In this document: in pieces, positions 25,703-36,973 of the stretch
How positions within the stretch are numbered: position 1 is the first letter of the stretch
How the letters are laid out: every line of letters begins with the position of its first letter
From: Bilabrum cf. latius
Taxonomy: Eukaryota
Assembly: GCA_965178125.1 (NCBI GenBank)
Contig: OZ237744.1
Coordinates: 992,001-1,056,000 of the forward strand
Length of the DNA: 64,000 nucleotides
Direction of reading: 5' to 3'
The notes under the pieces: model-generated
Told to the model about the DNA's origin: nothing
What the model saw: the letters and a program-made list of their open reading frames with translations, nothing else
The model's database searches: none
Made by a program: the position numbers and the translations under genes

Positions 25703-27529
25703 ATGTCATCTGCGGTGGCGTCAAGTCTAGATGATGTGATTGATCTCCTAAGTTCCAGCAGCGAAAGTGAAGAAGAGGAGCCATGCAGCGAAAATTTTAT
25801 GGATTAGGAGAAAAAAAGTTCTCGTGCTGGCTTGGCATCAGGCGTGGATCGCGAGCACATCCGTGTGAGTTCAGGATAGGGATCGTATGCTGTAGGATAG
25901 GTCCGGGTACGCGGCGACAAGAGGGTACAGCTGGCATCGAAGACTGTGGCACCGGTGTCTGTCGCTGCTGGAAAGCCATGTCGGTCACCCATCATGCCTA
26001 GCGGATCCACAGGTCCTGCCAGAATTGTACCATTACGCAGCTCCATCGGACGGAAGCGGGTCCGGGCAGAGTTTGAGGAGGCTTTCGTAGCTACCGATGG
26101 AAAAAGCGAATCTGCAGCCAGAAAAGCTGGGAGCAGAAGTGCAAGGCTTGCCGGCAGTGTGAGTCCAGCAAATCAGTGCAGTGTGTGCGGGAAGATTCTG
26201 TCGAGTGCATGGGCACTACGAAAGCACGTGAGCGCTGTGCATTTGGGGGAGCGCAATCACAAGTGCACAGTGTGCGGCAAGCGCTTCGGGGAGGCAGGCA
26301 GTCTCAAGAGACACATGACTGTCGTGCATCTGGGGCAACGCAATCACGAGTGCACAGTGTGCGGCAAGCGCTTCGGGGCGGCAGGCAATCTCAAGAAGCA
26401 CATGAGTACGGTGCATCATGGGGAGCGCAAGCACGAGTGCACAGTGTGTGGCCAGCGCTTCGGGTAGGCAGGCCATCTCAAGAAGCACATGAGTACGGTG
26501 CATCATGGGGAGCGCAAGCACGAGTGCAGTGTGTGCGGCAAGCGCTTCGGGGCGGCAGGCAGTCTCAGGAAGCACATGAGTACGGTGCATCTGGGGGAGC
26601 GCAATCATGAGTGCACAGTGTGCGGCAAGCGCTTCGGGGAGGCAGGCCATCTCAAGACACACATAAGCGCGGTGCATCATGGGGAGCGCAATCACGAGTG
26701 CACAGTGTGTGGCAAGCGCTTCGGGGCGGCAGGCAGTCTCAGGAAGCACATGAGTACGGTGCATCATGGGGAGCGCAAGCACGAGTGCACAGTGTGTGGC
26801 AAGCGCTTCGGGGCGGCAGGCAGTCTCAGGACGCACATGACTGTCGTGCATCTGGGGGAGCGCAATCACAAGTGCACAGTGTGCGGCTAGCGCTTCGGGG
26901 AGGCAGGCCATCTCAAGAAGCACATGAGTACGGTGCATCATGGGGAGCGCAAGCACGAGTGCACAGTGTGTGGCCAGCGCTTTGGGGAGGCAGGCAGTCT
27001 CAGGACGCACATGACTGTCGTGCATCTGGGGGAGCGCAGGCACGAGTGCAGTGTGTGCGGCAAGCGCTTCGGGGAGGCAGGCAATCTCAAGAAGCACATG
27101 AGTACGGTGCATCATGGGGAGCGCAATCACGAGTGCACAGTCTGCGGCTAGCGCTTCGGGTAGGCAGGCCATCTCAAGAAGCACATGACTGTCGTGCATC
27201 TGGGGGAGCGCAATCACGAGTGCACAGTGTGTGGCAAGCGCTTCGGGTAGGCAGACAATCTCAAGACACACATGACTGTCGTGCATTATGGGGAGCGCAA
27301 TCACGAGTGCACAGTGTGTGGCAAGCGCTTCGGGGCGGCAGGCAATCTCAAGAAGCACATGACTGTCGTGCATCTGGGAGAGCGCAATCACGAGTGCACA
27401 GTCTGCGGCAAGCGCTTCGGGTAGGCAGGCCATCTCAAGACACACATGAGCACGGTGCATCATGGGGAGCGCAATCGTGAGGGCTCGGGGGGGTGCAACA
27501 TGCCAGTGGCGCGACAGGCCGGCTCATGA
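25703..27529 (+). CDS. C2H2 zinc-finger protein B (15 fingers), paralog of A
   Basis: ATG 25703, one divergent finger, then 14 units of 29 aa; 9 in-frame TAGs; ends TGA 27527-27529. Confidence 0.88.
26237..27476 (+). repeat. 87-bp coding minisatellite, 14 units (zinc-finger array B), inverted relative to array A
   Basis: GCGCTT(C/T)GGG recurs every 87 nt from 26281 to 27412; the unit is the reverse complement of the array A unit. Confidence 0.95.
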
Positions 27530-27795
27530 TTCGTGGCCCAGTTCTGCCCTTGCCAGCAGTGCCAGTGGATGCACAGATTCTTCTGCTCGCGTGCCGTAGC
27601 GCACTGATTCGGGCGTGGTTCTTGGGCGAAGCCGCGGTGACTGTGTTGCTTATCTGTGGAGAATACATGAGTCGAGCGACACGCAAACAGGGGCTGGTGT
27701 TGGTAACCCCCAGCATGATGGCCGCGCGGCGCCGCCCGCCGGCACACTGCATCTCGCGGAACATCCTGTTTGCAAACTCTGAATCCCCTAAATAG

Positions 27796-28710
27796 ATGCT
27801 AGCCGACCTGGTGCCCCTCTTCCGAAGACTGAATGTAGTGCTTGCGAGCGGTAGCCCGAGACGGAAAGAGATTCTCACCTAGCTTGGTTTGCGCTTCAGA
27901 ATAATGAAAAGTACGTTCTTGGAAAATCTCGACAAGTCCAAGTACACGCCCGAGACATACTGCCAGACGACGTCAGAGCAAAAGGCCATCGATGTGTGGA
28001 GATTGCTGCCGCCAGGGAGTTGTGACTTGCTGGTGGGATCCGACACCGTGGTAGTCTCTGCCGACGATGCGATCCTGGAGAAGCCGCAAGATCAATCGGG
28101 CGCCATTGATATGCTCTCTGGATTGAGCGGGAAAACGCACCGGGTAGTATCATCAATCAGCATTATCAGTCCAATCGGGGGCATTTGCGATGTTGGCGAA
28201 CCAGCCGATGCCAGTCGTGGCGGCGTGCGCATGCAACGGCTTGAGCCGCAGGCAGCCGCCGAGGACCCATCGGGCGGTGTATGCGCAGGCCCATTGGACC
28301 CATTCACCACGCCCCCAGGCGTGCTGTAGTCCTGGACGTGTTCCACTAAGGTCACCTTCGATGAAATACCCCGTTCGACGATCGAGGCGTATGTGGCAAC
28401 GGGCGAGCCGATGGACAAAGCAGGGGGGTACGGGATCCAGGGCCTGGGTGGTTCCTTCGTCTCAAGCATATCTGGGTGCTATTACACGGTGATGGGATTC
28501 CCGATGCACTCGTTTGCTGCTCGCCTCCGAGCACTTGCTCTGGCGTGGCCGGAGGCAAAGAGGCCCCCTCACGCAGCCGCAGCCCCCAGTGGCACTGGCA
28601 CTGGCACCAGCAGTGCAGGTTCGAAGGATGCCTCCCCGGCAGCGGCAGCGACAGAGGAAGGCGAGGACGAGGGCACTGGCCCGGCTGCCGGTGGCGCGGG
28701 GGGCACATGA
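27796..28710 (+). CDS. Maf-family nucleoside triphosphate pyrophosphatase (ASMTL N-domain-like)
   Basis: VVLASGSPRRKEILT(TAG)LGL, GSDTVV, ILEKP, LSGKTHRV, GEPMDKAGGYGIQG, GCYYTVMGFP; TAGs at 27880 and 28327; ends TGA. Confidence 0.93.
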
Positions 28711-28941
28711 AGGGCGCGACTGTGGACCATGATGCGCCTAGTGTTGGCAGTCCGCGATACTGACAGCACTCGTATCTCTTCTGACCGCGTCACCCTCAGC
28801 TCTCCGTACCCGTGACTTGCACAGAAACATGCCTGGCTGTGTAAAGTCTAGATCTGCTGCCATGTGCGTGCCCCTCCTCCTCAACCGCGCACCTGCATGC
28901 AGTGCACCTGCACGTGCACGTGCACGTGCTCGTGCTCTGCT

Positions 28942-29829
28942 TCAGCCCTGCTTGGTCTTGTTCCTCAATCCATCCACGTATGCCATGACCCTCTCTCTTG
29001 TTCCCTCGTCGTTCAGGACCCTCACCATCCTGTCCACCTCCCTCTCCAGCCCGGCCTGCAGGTGCTTGACAACCTGGGAGCGGTACACGAGCTTCGAGCG
29101 GTGCTGGGGGTCTGGGTGCATGCGCATGAGAGCCTACAGCTCGTCCAAAGCGGCAGAGCGCAGATTCTCGGGCGTGTCGGTGATTCGGTCCACGAGGCCG
29201 ACGCGGAGGGCGTCACTGGAGGAAAGGACCTCGCCGAGCATGACGTGCCGCTCTGCCTGCCGGGTGCCGATACAGGACTCCATCGCGAGAGCAAGCCAAG
29301 GAGGCACCGGAATGCCTACCTAGACTTCATTGAGCCCGATGGTGGATCGTCTCGACACCACCCTGGAGTCGGCGAAGAGGGCCAGCATGCAGCCGCCGGC
29401 AGGGGCTGCTCCGTCTATCTCGGCGACCATAGGCTTGTGCACTCCAGTATACCCGGTGACAAAGAGCTCAAGGACGCTCCGGATAAACTGGTGCTTTCTG
29501 TCCATGTCATCACCCATCACCTCCTTCAAATCCAATCCGGCTGAGAAAATGCCTTCCAAGTCCGACCGAAGGATAATCCCGGCGCAGTTCTTGTCCTACG
29601 AGAGCTGCCGAAGCGTATCACGAAGCTCTTTGCTAGATTCCAGACTCAGAGTGTTTGCGGGCTTGCCCTGCAACACAACCGTAGCCACATTCGAATGTTC
29701 TGGTCCCCAATCGACCCGCGTGAAGTCATTCTAGTATGCCGTACGAGAGAAGCGTCGGGCAAGACTATGATTGGCATTGCAATAAGGCATATTTGCAGAT
29801 GCGATACGCCGAAAAGCCCTTCGAATCAT
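28942..29829 (-). CDS. ECI1: Mitochondrial enoyl-CoA delta isomerase (crotonase family)
   Basis: Arg-rich targeting peptide MIRRAFRRIAS, KPANTLSLE, GIFSAGLDLKE, IDGAAPAGGC, IGLNEV(TAG)VGI, ALRVGLVD; 4 TAGs; ends TGA. Confidence 0.9.
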
Positions 29830-29961
29830 GATTTGAAGCTAGAAGATTTGTCCATTGCTTGTCGTGCGACCAGAGCAGTGCAGTGGAGCCGGCGCCGCGA
29901 CGTCCGGTTCCGCAGTGTCCGTTCGCGCGGAGGGTTTGTGCAACCTTCAAAGCTTTCCACC

Positions 29962-31123
29962 ATGGCAGCCATTGGAGGCACCACAATCGCGGTAAAGAAT
30001 ACATCGTATAAGGCATCCAAAGCCCGTGAGTTCTGCTGTCGCTTCACGTGTTCTGTAGTCCCACTGCACCCTGTACCAGGTAGCTTGCAGTTGCTCTTGC
30101 TTGTCTGTCTCGCAGCCGTGAAGCCATCAAGGGCGACCCGTTCCATGTTTGATATGTCATCGTACCACGGGAAGGAAATCGCTGGCGAGCTGCCGAAGTC
30201 AAGAGCCGCTGGTGGTGCGGCAGACGATGTCGAAATTGCTGCATTCTCAAGCACAGCCCGCCCCCCAACAAAAAGAGTGACGCCGAAAGAGTTTTTGAAG
30301 AAGGGTGGAGGAACAGGTGGGACCACGAGAAGAGATGCTATCGAGAAGGCAAAGGCCATGAGAGAGGGCAAAGCCGATGCTGGAGGCAAGCGAGGCCCGC
30401 CTCCCGCAGGCGCATTCGTCCAGAGGAGCAACCCCCCAAACACGGAATTACGACGGCTTTATGAGCGTGGTGACTTGCCTCTTAGCATTCTTCACCGGGT
30501 TCGAAGGCGGTTGCAGTGGACCATTGAAGTGACTAGGCTGGATTTGTGAGTCGGTAGGTCGGATGCCCCTGCTGCTCCGCTCAAGGACACGCGCTCAATT
30601 ATTCTTCCTACTGATGTGTTCTATTCCGCCTTTATTTTATTTTTTGGGACCACCTTGCAGATTCTACTACCTTCCCGTGTTCATGGACGGCATCCGGGAG
30701 AAGGAAGAGCCTTACTGCTTCATCGCTGAGTCGGGTACGTACGACCTCCTCATGCATTGCCCCGAGTCCAAGATCCTCCCGGTGGTTCCCCTGCTCATCC
30801 TGCCCCTCAAGAGGGCCCTCAACACCAGGGACAAGGAGGTGGTCGTGCGCGCCATTAAGGTCATCCAGGCACTCGTCGGTGCGGGCGAGTACATCGGATC
30901 GGCACTCGTGCCCTACTTCAGGCAGCTGCTCCCCGTCTTCAACCTGTACCTGCTCAAGACCAAGAACCTCGGCGACAAGATTGACTACGGCCAGAGGAAG
31001 CGAGAGGACCTGGGAGATCTAATCCGGGAGACGCTGGAGATGCTGGAGATCGCGGGCGGGGAGGGCGCCATGGTCAACATCAAGTACCTGATTCCCACCT
31101 ACACGTCCGCTGTGTTCGAGTGA
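29962..31123 (+). CDS. PACRG: Parkin co-regulated protein (axonemal inner junction); probable introns 30026-30115 and 30546-30660
   Basis: [82 protein letters not shown]; no TAG; ends TGA. Confidence 0.95.
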
Positions 31124-31283
31124 ATCTGATCGGGTTCGACCGTGCGATATCGTGTTTTTGTGCAGACTATGAAAGAAGTTACGATTCTAGAGGCAGTCAA
31201 GCTGTGTGCATATACTGTCAAGTTGCAATCAACACAATTGCCATATGCGCAGCAATCGTGCACCTCGCCTCTCCTCCATCCCC

Positions 31284-34151
31284 TCAGGCGACCAGGGTGG
31301 TCTTTCTCAGCTGGACACTTGTTCCAAGCTTGCTCATCGCCCTACCGTACATCTGTGTGGCCTCAAGTCGGGCTGCAGATGCCCTTAAACGGCCCGCCAC
31401 GGAAGCACGAGAGCTCGCGAGTAGCTGGGAGGCAGAGGCTGGTACAGATGGCCCCCCTGCCTTGGAGAGCTTTTCATTGTTTTGCACCGACGCAACATCC
31501 CATTCCGTTGGTGTCGTGCTAGTCCCGACTCTGCCCATGTCTGTCGCTGTCGCACCCAGTAAAGAGGCCTCGGGTGTTGGCTGTGCAGGGCCGCCCCAGG
31601 TCCCTGCCAGCAGCAGGTCACGCTGCATGGCGTCCGCGGCCGCCCCGGCGTGGGGGACGTGCAGTGCGGCGTGTGCCCCGGCATAGGAGCCACCTTTCCG
31701 TTGCGTGCGACCTAACTCCATCGTACCTTCACCGTTCACGCCGTAGGTGGCGCCGCCCACACCCCCCGCTTGTTCCCTGGCGGCGGTGGCCCTCGCCAGC
31801 AGTGCCTCCACCTTGTCCGACGGGTCCCATGCTGGCCCCCGCAGCACCGCATGGATTCCCCTCGGCCAAATTGCCCCACTGCCACTGGACTCCAAGAGGG
31901 ACTCCTGTGGGGTCGATGGCAACCTTCTGGAGTCATAAGTAACGATTGCATTGCGGTTTGACGGGAAGCCGGAGTGTTCTTCGGAGCTTGATGCCAGCAG
32001 CCCTGCCTGCACCCTGGCAGCGGCACTATCCAGCATCCCCTTGGCGACGCTGACTACCGGCGTGTCTGTGGAACTTGCCGCCGCACCATCACTAACGTCC
32101 AAGTGCGCTGGATGAGAAGGGCCCGCCCCCCCGTGTGTTCCCTGGCGCAGTTTGCGCGGCTCATGCTCCCGCAGCCCACCGAGGAACGTCGACTTGGCCC
32201 GTAGTCTGTCCAGCTCAGCCCGAAGCCCGGCCATGTCGCTGCCGGCGAACGGGTCGGGCAGGCCAGCAAACCTTCCTTCCTCCGTTGGAAGCTGCGCGAG
32301 GGCGCCCATCCTGCTACTGAGGGCGAGGTCGCCCTCTTTGCCACCCCGCGCGCCCTCCACGGACTCTGAGGACTTGAGTCGCTGAGACTGCGTGTCGTCT
32401 CCAGCCCATCGCCTTCGGTACACGGACCCACCCACCAGAGAAGACGAGGAGCGCGGTGCAGTGGAAGAGCGCCCAAGCTGTTGTTCCCTGGTAGCTGCGG
32501 CCGTGGGCCCCATGGTCATGGAAGCAGACCCATCCGCACTGGCATCCAGCTCGGGCGGCTCCATCTCTCCCATGGCCCCGTCACCGCGCGCCCGTGCCTC
32601 AGCCTGCACACGGTTTCTGTCTCCAGGGGCCCGCCCCCCAGTCCTCACCCTGGGGTCGGGCTTGGGCTCACCCCCGCTGGACATCCCTGACTCGCCCGAC
32701 GAGGCGTACTTCCGCAAGGACCTCCGCTGCCCCCGGAGCGGGAGGCCTCTCCTGGATGCCGCCGTCCTCTTGATGGTATCCTTCGACCTGGACCACTCCT
32801 GCTCGCCCTCCATCTTGGTGTAGCTCCCCGTGGAGGAGAGGTTGGCGGACTGCGAGTGAGCCAGCCACAGGGCCTCCTTAGCGGCTGCACTCGGCTCCGT
32901 TGGGCTGCTCGCGTCACCCATTGAATAGCCCGTAGGTCTCCTCAGCCCCTGCCTTGTTCTCTTGCTGCTCTGGTTCTCACCGCCGCGCACGTGCTCCGAG
33001 CCTGACTTTCCGGTGTTGGCGCTCATGCCCCGCACGATCTCCACTTGTTCCCTGAGCTCCTTCGTGGACACGTAGCCCCTCCGACCCAGCGGATTCAGGG
33101 TGTTGCGTGTAGATGGCACGAAATCATCCTCTTCCTCTTCCTCTTCCTCTTCCTCTTCCTCCGACTCGGGTGCTGGTGCTGGTGCTGGTGCTGGTGCTGG
33201 TGCTGGTGCTGGTGCTGGTGCTGGTGCTGGTGCTGGTGCTGGTGCTGGTGCTGGTGCTGGTGCTGGTGCTGGTGCTGGTGCTGGTGCTGGTGCTGGTGCT
33301 GGTGCTGGTGCTGGTGCTGGTGCTGGTGCTGGTGCTGGTGCTGGTGCTGGTTCCGGCTCCGGTTCTGGTTCTGGCTCCGGTTCATCCCTCGATTCTGGCT
33401 CAGGCTCGGGCTCGGGCTCGGGCTCCTGCTCTTCGTAGTGAAAAAGTGGCTCGTTTTCATACCCATCCTCCCCTGCCATTGCTTTCTGCAGCCTGGTGCC
33501 CAAACCGATGAGCCTCCGCACTACAGCTGCGTCCTCCTGCGCGCGTGCGTGCAGCCGGTGAGCCTCTGTCTGGGCCTCGGCGGCGCCCTGCGCAGCGGCG
33601 TCTGCGCTGCCTCGCAGCTCCAAATCCAGCATCACGGGGGCAAATAAGACTGCGATTGCGTCGGGTCCTATCCTGTTATGCTCCTCATAGCTCGCAGTTC
33701 GCTGTAGCAAAGCGAGAAGCGTGCCTGTGACCTCAAAATCACCTCCACCAAAGTTCTATTGCGCTTCGTTCTGCAACTCCAATGCCAGCCTGACTTCTTC
33801 ATTTGGATTCACACCTGCTAGCCTGGACCATGACACCCATCGAGATCGAATTCTGTCATCGCCAAGCACGGGCAAGTGCCTTCGAAGCAAATCCTTCAGA
33901 CCATCCCCAAGGGCCAATGCTCTGGCTCGTTCCGGCACATCCCGCGGCTAACCACTTTCTATGTATGCTTCGATGGCTTCTCGCTCAGCTGCACTTCCCG
34001 AAGCTCGGAAAATCTCGGGCGTTCTGAGCGGCTCGTCTCCTCTGGATATCAGTGCAGCCATGATTGTAATAGCTCTGCTTCTTTCGTCGCCCGATAAAGC
34101 TGGCAGAACAACTGGCCCTGCATACTACGGTTTCGATCCTCCAAGCCCCAT
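31284..34151 (-). CDS. RhoGAP-domain protein with possible N-myristoylation and a long disordered tail
   Basis: Start MGLGGSKP (34151); TPEIFRASG (arginine-finger-like) and LLQRTASYEEHNRIGPDAIAVLFAPVML; 3 TAGs (34125, 33948, 33756); ends TGA. Confidence 0.75.
33169..33348. repeat. Perfect (GGTGCT)30 hexamer encoding (Pro-Ala)30 in the RhoGAP, flanked by (PE)n and poly-Glu
   Basis: Direct reading of the sequence. Confidence 0.95.
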
Positions 34152-34968
34152 GAATCGATTTGTCAAGGCAAAAATTGGTGAAAAAGTGCAGCACTACCGA
34201 ACGGAAACAGGGTTTCCCGTCTTCATCTTCATTTTGACCCTCTAGCAAAGTGATGTTTGAAACATCAATAGTGTCCTTGCGCAGCTCTTGCCATACGGTG
34301 GTGGCATGATGATATGAATGCACACACAAGTTTCATGGCCACCGCTTTGCTGCGCCATAGCCGATTGATGCTGCCAAAGCTGCAGCGGTGTAGTAGGGAG
34401 GGGGCGTGGGCGGGGCTATCGTGTATGGGGGGGGATGCTGTAGGGGTGTTGGGAGGGGATGTGGGAGGGGCTAGCGTGGGGGGGTGTCGAGGATCATGTG
34501 CTGTGTGGTGGTGCAGAGGGAGGGCTCGTGGATGGGCCGGGACACTGCCAGTGTGGTAGCGGGGCTTGGTGATTGTGGGTAGCGTGACAATGTCCTCACC
34601 GAGCTCAGCCTGTCGAACATAATCACCAAGCCCCGGCGCCATGTACTGTCTCCGTCTACTACAGTGCCATGCCCACTTACAGTTACCGTCTGCACTCCTG
34701 ACAGCCTCATGGCGTATTGTGGTGAAGCCGCATGACGTGTTGTTGTCATGCTGAGGGCTGCAGCCCAGATCCGACGGCGTGCTAAAGGCGTTGAGTGACT
34801 GAGTAGAGATTGTGCGGGGCGCGCTGGGCCGTGGGATCACTCGCGGCCTACAGTGATCGTGTGCCAGCAGCCGGTCGGGGTGACCTTGTGAGATGGAGCG
34901 ATTGCGAGCGAAAACACGATTGGTGGCAGTGGTCGCAGCGACCCGGCCATCTTTTCGAGACCCGCATC

Positions 34969-35422
34969 ATGGCCGCCGTATCCTCAGATTCCGCTTCTGG
35001 AGGGGGTGATCTCGCTATTAAAACCACAACTATCAAGGAGGAGGGGAGGCGAGAGGCTCGAGAGAGTGAGGAAGCCTCTTCTGCGCTGGCTGCAGTAACA
35101 CTGGTGCTCACGCTGCCAGACGGCAAGTCGGAAGAGTTGAGTGTTCCGGGAGGCAACGAAGTTGGGAGAGTCAAACTTCTTCTTGCTGAGAAGTTTGAGC
35201 TGCCTGCAACTACTATCGTGAGCAAGAAGAGTGCGCAGCTGTTTCCGATCCTTCTTGCTGCCACGCCCCGAGGCCAATTGTACAAACACCCTGATACGGT
35301 CGTCGTTCCCGCAGGTTCTAGAGTACAGTGGAAAGCCAATGCTTGACTTTCTGTCGCTTGTAGACCATGATGGCATCGAAGCCGGCGGCAAGGCGGAAAT
35401 CGTCGTGAAAGCCGAAGCTTGA
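34969..35422 (+). CDS. Small ubiquitin-like-fold protein; intron 35218-35314
   Basis: LVLTLPDGKSEELSVPGGNEVGRVKLLL joins VLEYSGKPMLDFLSLVD across a GTGAGC...CGCAG intron in phase; beta-grasp-like pattern. Confidence 0.7.
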
Positions 35423-35779
35423 ATCGGCCGCGCCTCGAATGGTTGAATCAAAACTTTGTTGGAATCAAATGAGTTGAGTAGAGCTCGAGTGGAGTGGCAA
35501 ATGCATATCAGACTCGGACACGAAGATGACACAGGAATCTGCTGCTACTACATTCACAACGATCAACGATACAAACAGCTCCTGCCGCGAGGCAACTCCC
35601 CATTTTCTATGCTCTTCGCTGAACTACGCGTAATTGTTGCGCGCAGTCTTCGCAAAGAACGAGCGAAGCACCCCAATCGGGTCCCAAGGCCGCACGCCAG
35701 AGACGCCCAGCCCCGCCCAAGATATCCTAGCTGATCCATGCCCCAAGGTTCAAGAGGTCACGGCACTCCAGTTGGTCGC

Positions 35780-36973
35780 TCAGAGGCGGCCGCCGGAGCC
35801 CTCAAGGGTCTTGGCATCACCGGTGCCGGCGGCAGCCTTGGCCTCCTCCTCGCGGGCCACCTTGTCTCCGGGCAGCTCCATGGCCGCACCGTCGTGCACC
35901 TCCATGAGCTTGGAGATGTCGAACTTGGGGCGCTTGAGCACCTTCACCTTGCGCACGTACACGTCGTGCAAGGGGAACACCTTGGAGCAGATGGTCGACA
36001 CGCGCTTGGACACGGCGCCCGAGATGAGCTTCTTGGTGAGGTCGTTCAGCGAGCTCTTCTTGCCCTCGTCCTCCATCACCTCCACCATCTTCTTCCGGAT
36101 GGCGCGCACCTGAGAGGCCTGCGCGTACGTGGTCTTGGCTACCTGGTCCTCCTGCCTGTTGGTGAAACCAATGCAGAACATGCGCACGGTGTACCCGTCG
36201 TCGGTCTTCACGTCCACGTTCCCCTCGATCGTCGTCTGCCACTTGCGCATCAGGCCCATGAGCTTGTCGCGCGTGAAATCCATGCCGTAGAAGTTGCACA
36301 TGGCATCCTTGCCCTTCACCTCCTCCACGATCAGGCGCATCTTGCGGAAAGACGTCTCCTCGGACTGGGCGTGCAGGTCGCCCAGGTTGATCTCGAACAC
36401 GCGCCCCTTCATGGCCTCAGTGGCGATGTCTGCGAGGAAATTTCATCACATTATTAAACCATAAGCGCTAGGATGGAGACATGCAGTTGCGCTGCGGCTT
36501 GTGAACGAGCTCTGAAGCGCAGTGGCGGCTGCATCGATCCAAGCATACTCACAAGGCGTACCATCCTTCTTGGTGCCACCGCTCTTGCGCACGGGGGTCT
36601 TGCCAGCAACTCGGTTCCGGAAGATAGCGGGGACCTTCACGTCGTACCAATCCTGCGTGGTCGCGGCAAAGCAGACAGAGAGTGCGGCACCAGATGAGGG
36701 CATTCAGGTGCTTCGGTCCGCTGCCGGCCCAAGCTCGACTTTGAGCAATCAAGCCAACAATTAATGCTAAACAAATTGCAAGCCATGGACTACACGGAGA
36801 CAGCTACAATCCCCCTAGCCAGGGCATGCAAAACCCGGTGCAACAGCAGTTGCAGAGAGACAGGCGGTTCCCAAATTGCACGCTCGAAAGCTCACCTTCT
36901 TCGCGAAGGGGTCTGCCTGCTTCTTCTTGGACCCCTTCTTCTTTCCAAGCTTCTTGTTCTTGCCGATAGCCAT
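35780..36973 (-). CDS. RPS3A: 40S ribosomal protein eS1 (S3a); exons 36973-36896, 36652-~36552 or 36562, 36429-35780
   Basis: MAIGKNKKL...DPFAKK|DWYDVKVP, KGRVFEINLGDL, NFYGMDFTRDKL, KWQTTIEGNVDVKT, FPLHDVYVRKVKVLKRPKFD; the second donor site is ambiguous; no TAG. Confidence 0.97.

Noticed and set aside
21810-27463. Stop-free antisense ORFs 21810-23063 (+) and 26216-27463 (-)
   Set aside because: They are shadows of the ZF repeat on the opposite strand and show no recognisable domain.
21846-27476. 87-bp arrays as CRISPR arrays or transposon terminal inverted repeats
   Set aside because: No unique spacers, cas genes or transposase; the units translate as C2H2 fingers.
28910-28929. 20-nt perfect palindrome GCACGTGCACGTGCACGTGC just past the ECI1 stop
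   Set aside because: Explained by a short self-complementary hexamer microsatellite; no evidence of function.
31125-31160. GGGTTCGAC T-loop-like motif as a possible suppressor tRNA
   Set aside because: No cloverleaf or acceptor stem can be formed; no tRNA was seen in the window.
36653-36895. snoRNA in the long RPS3A intron 1 (243 nt)
   Set aside because: No convincing C/D or H/ACA boxes visible by eye.
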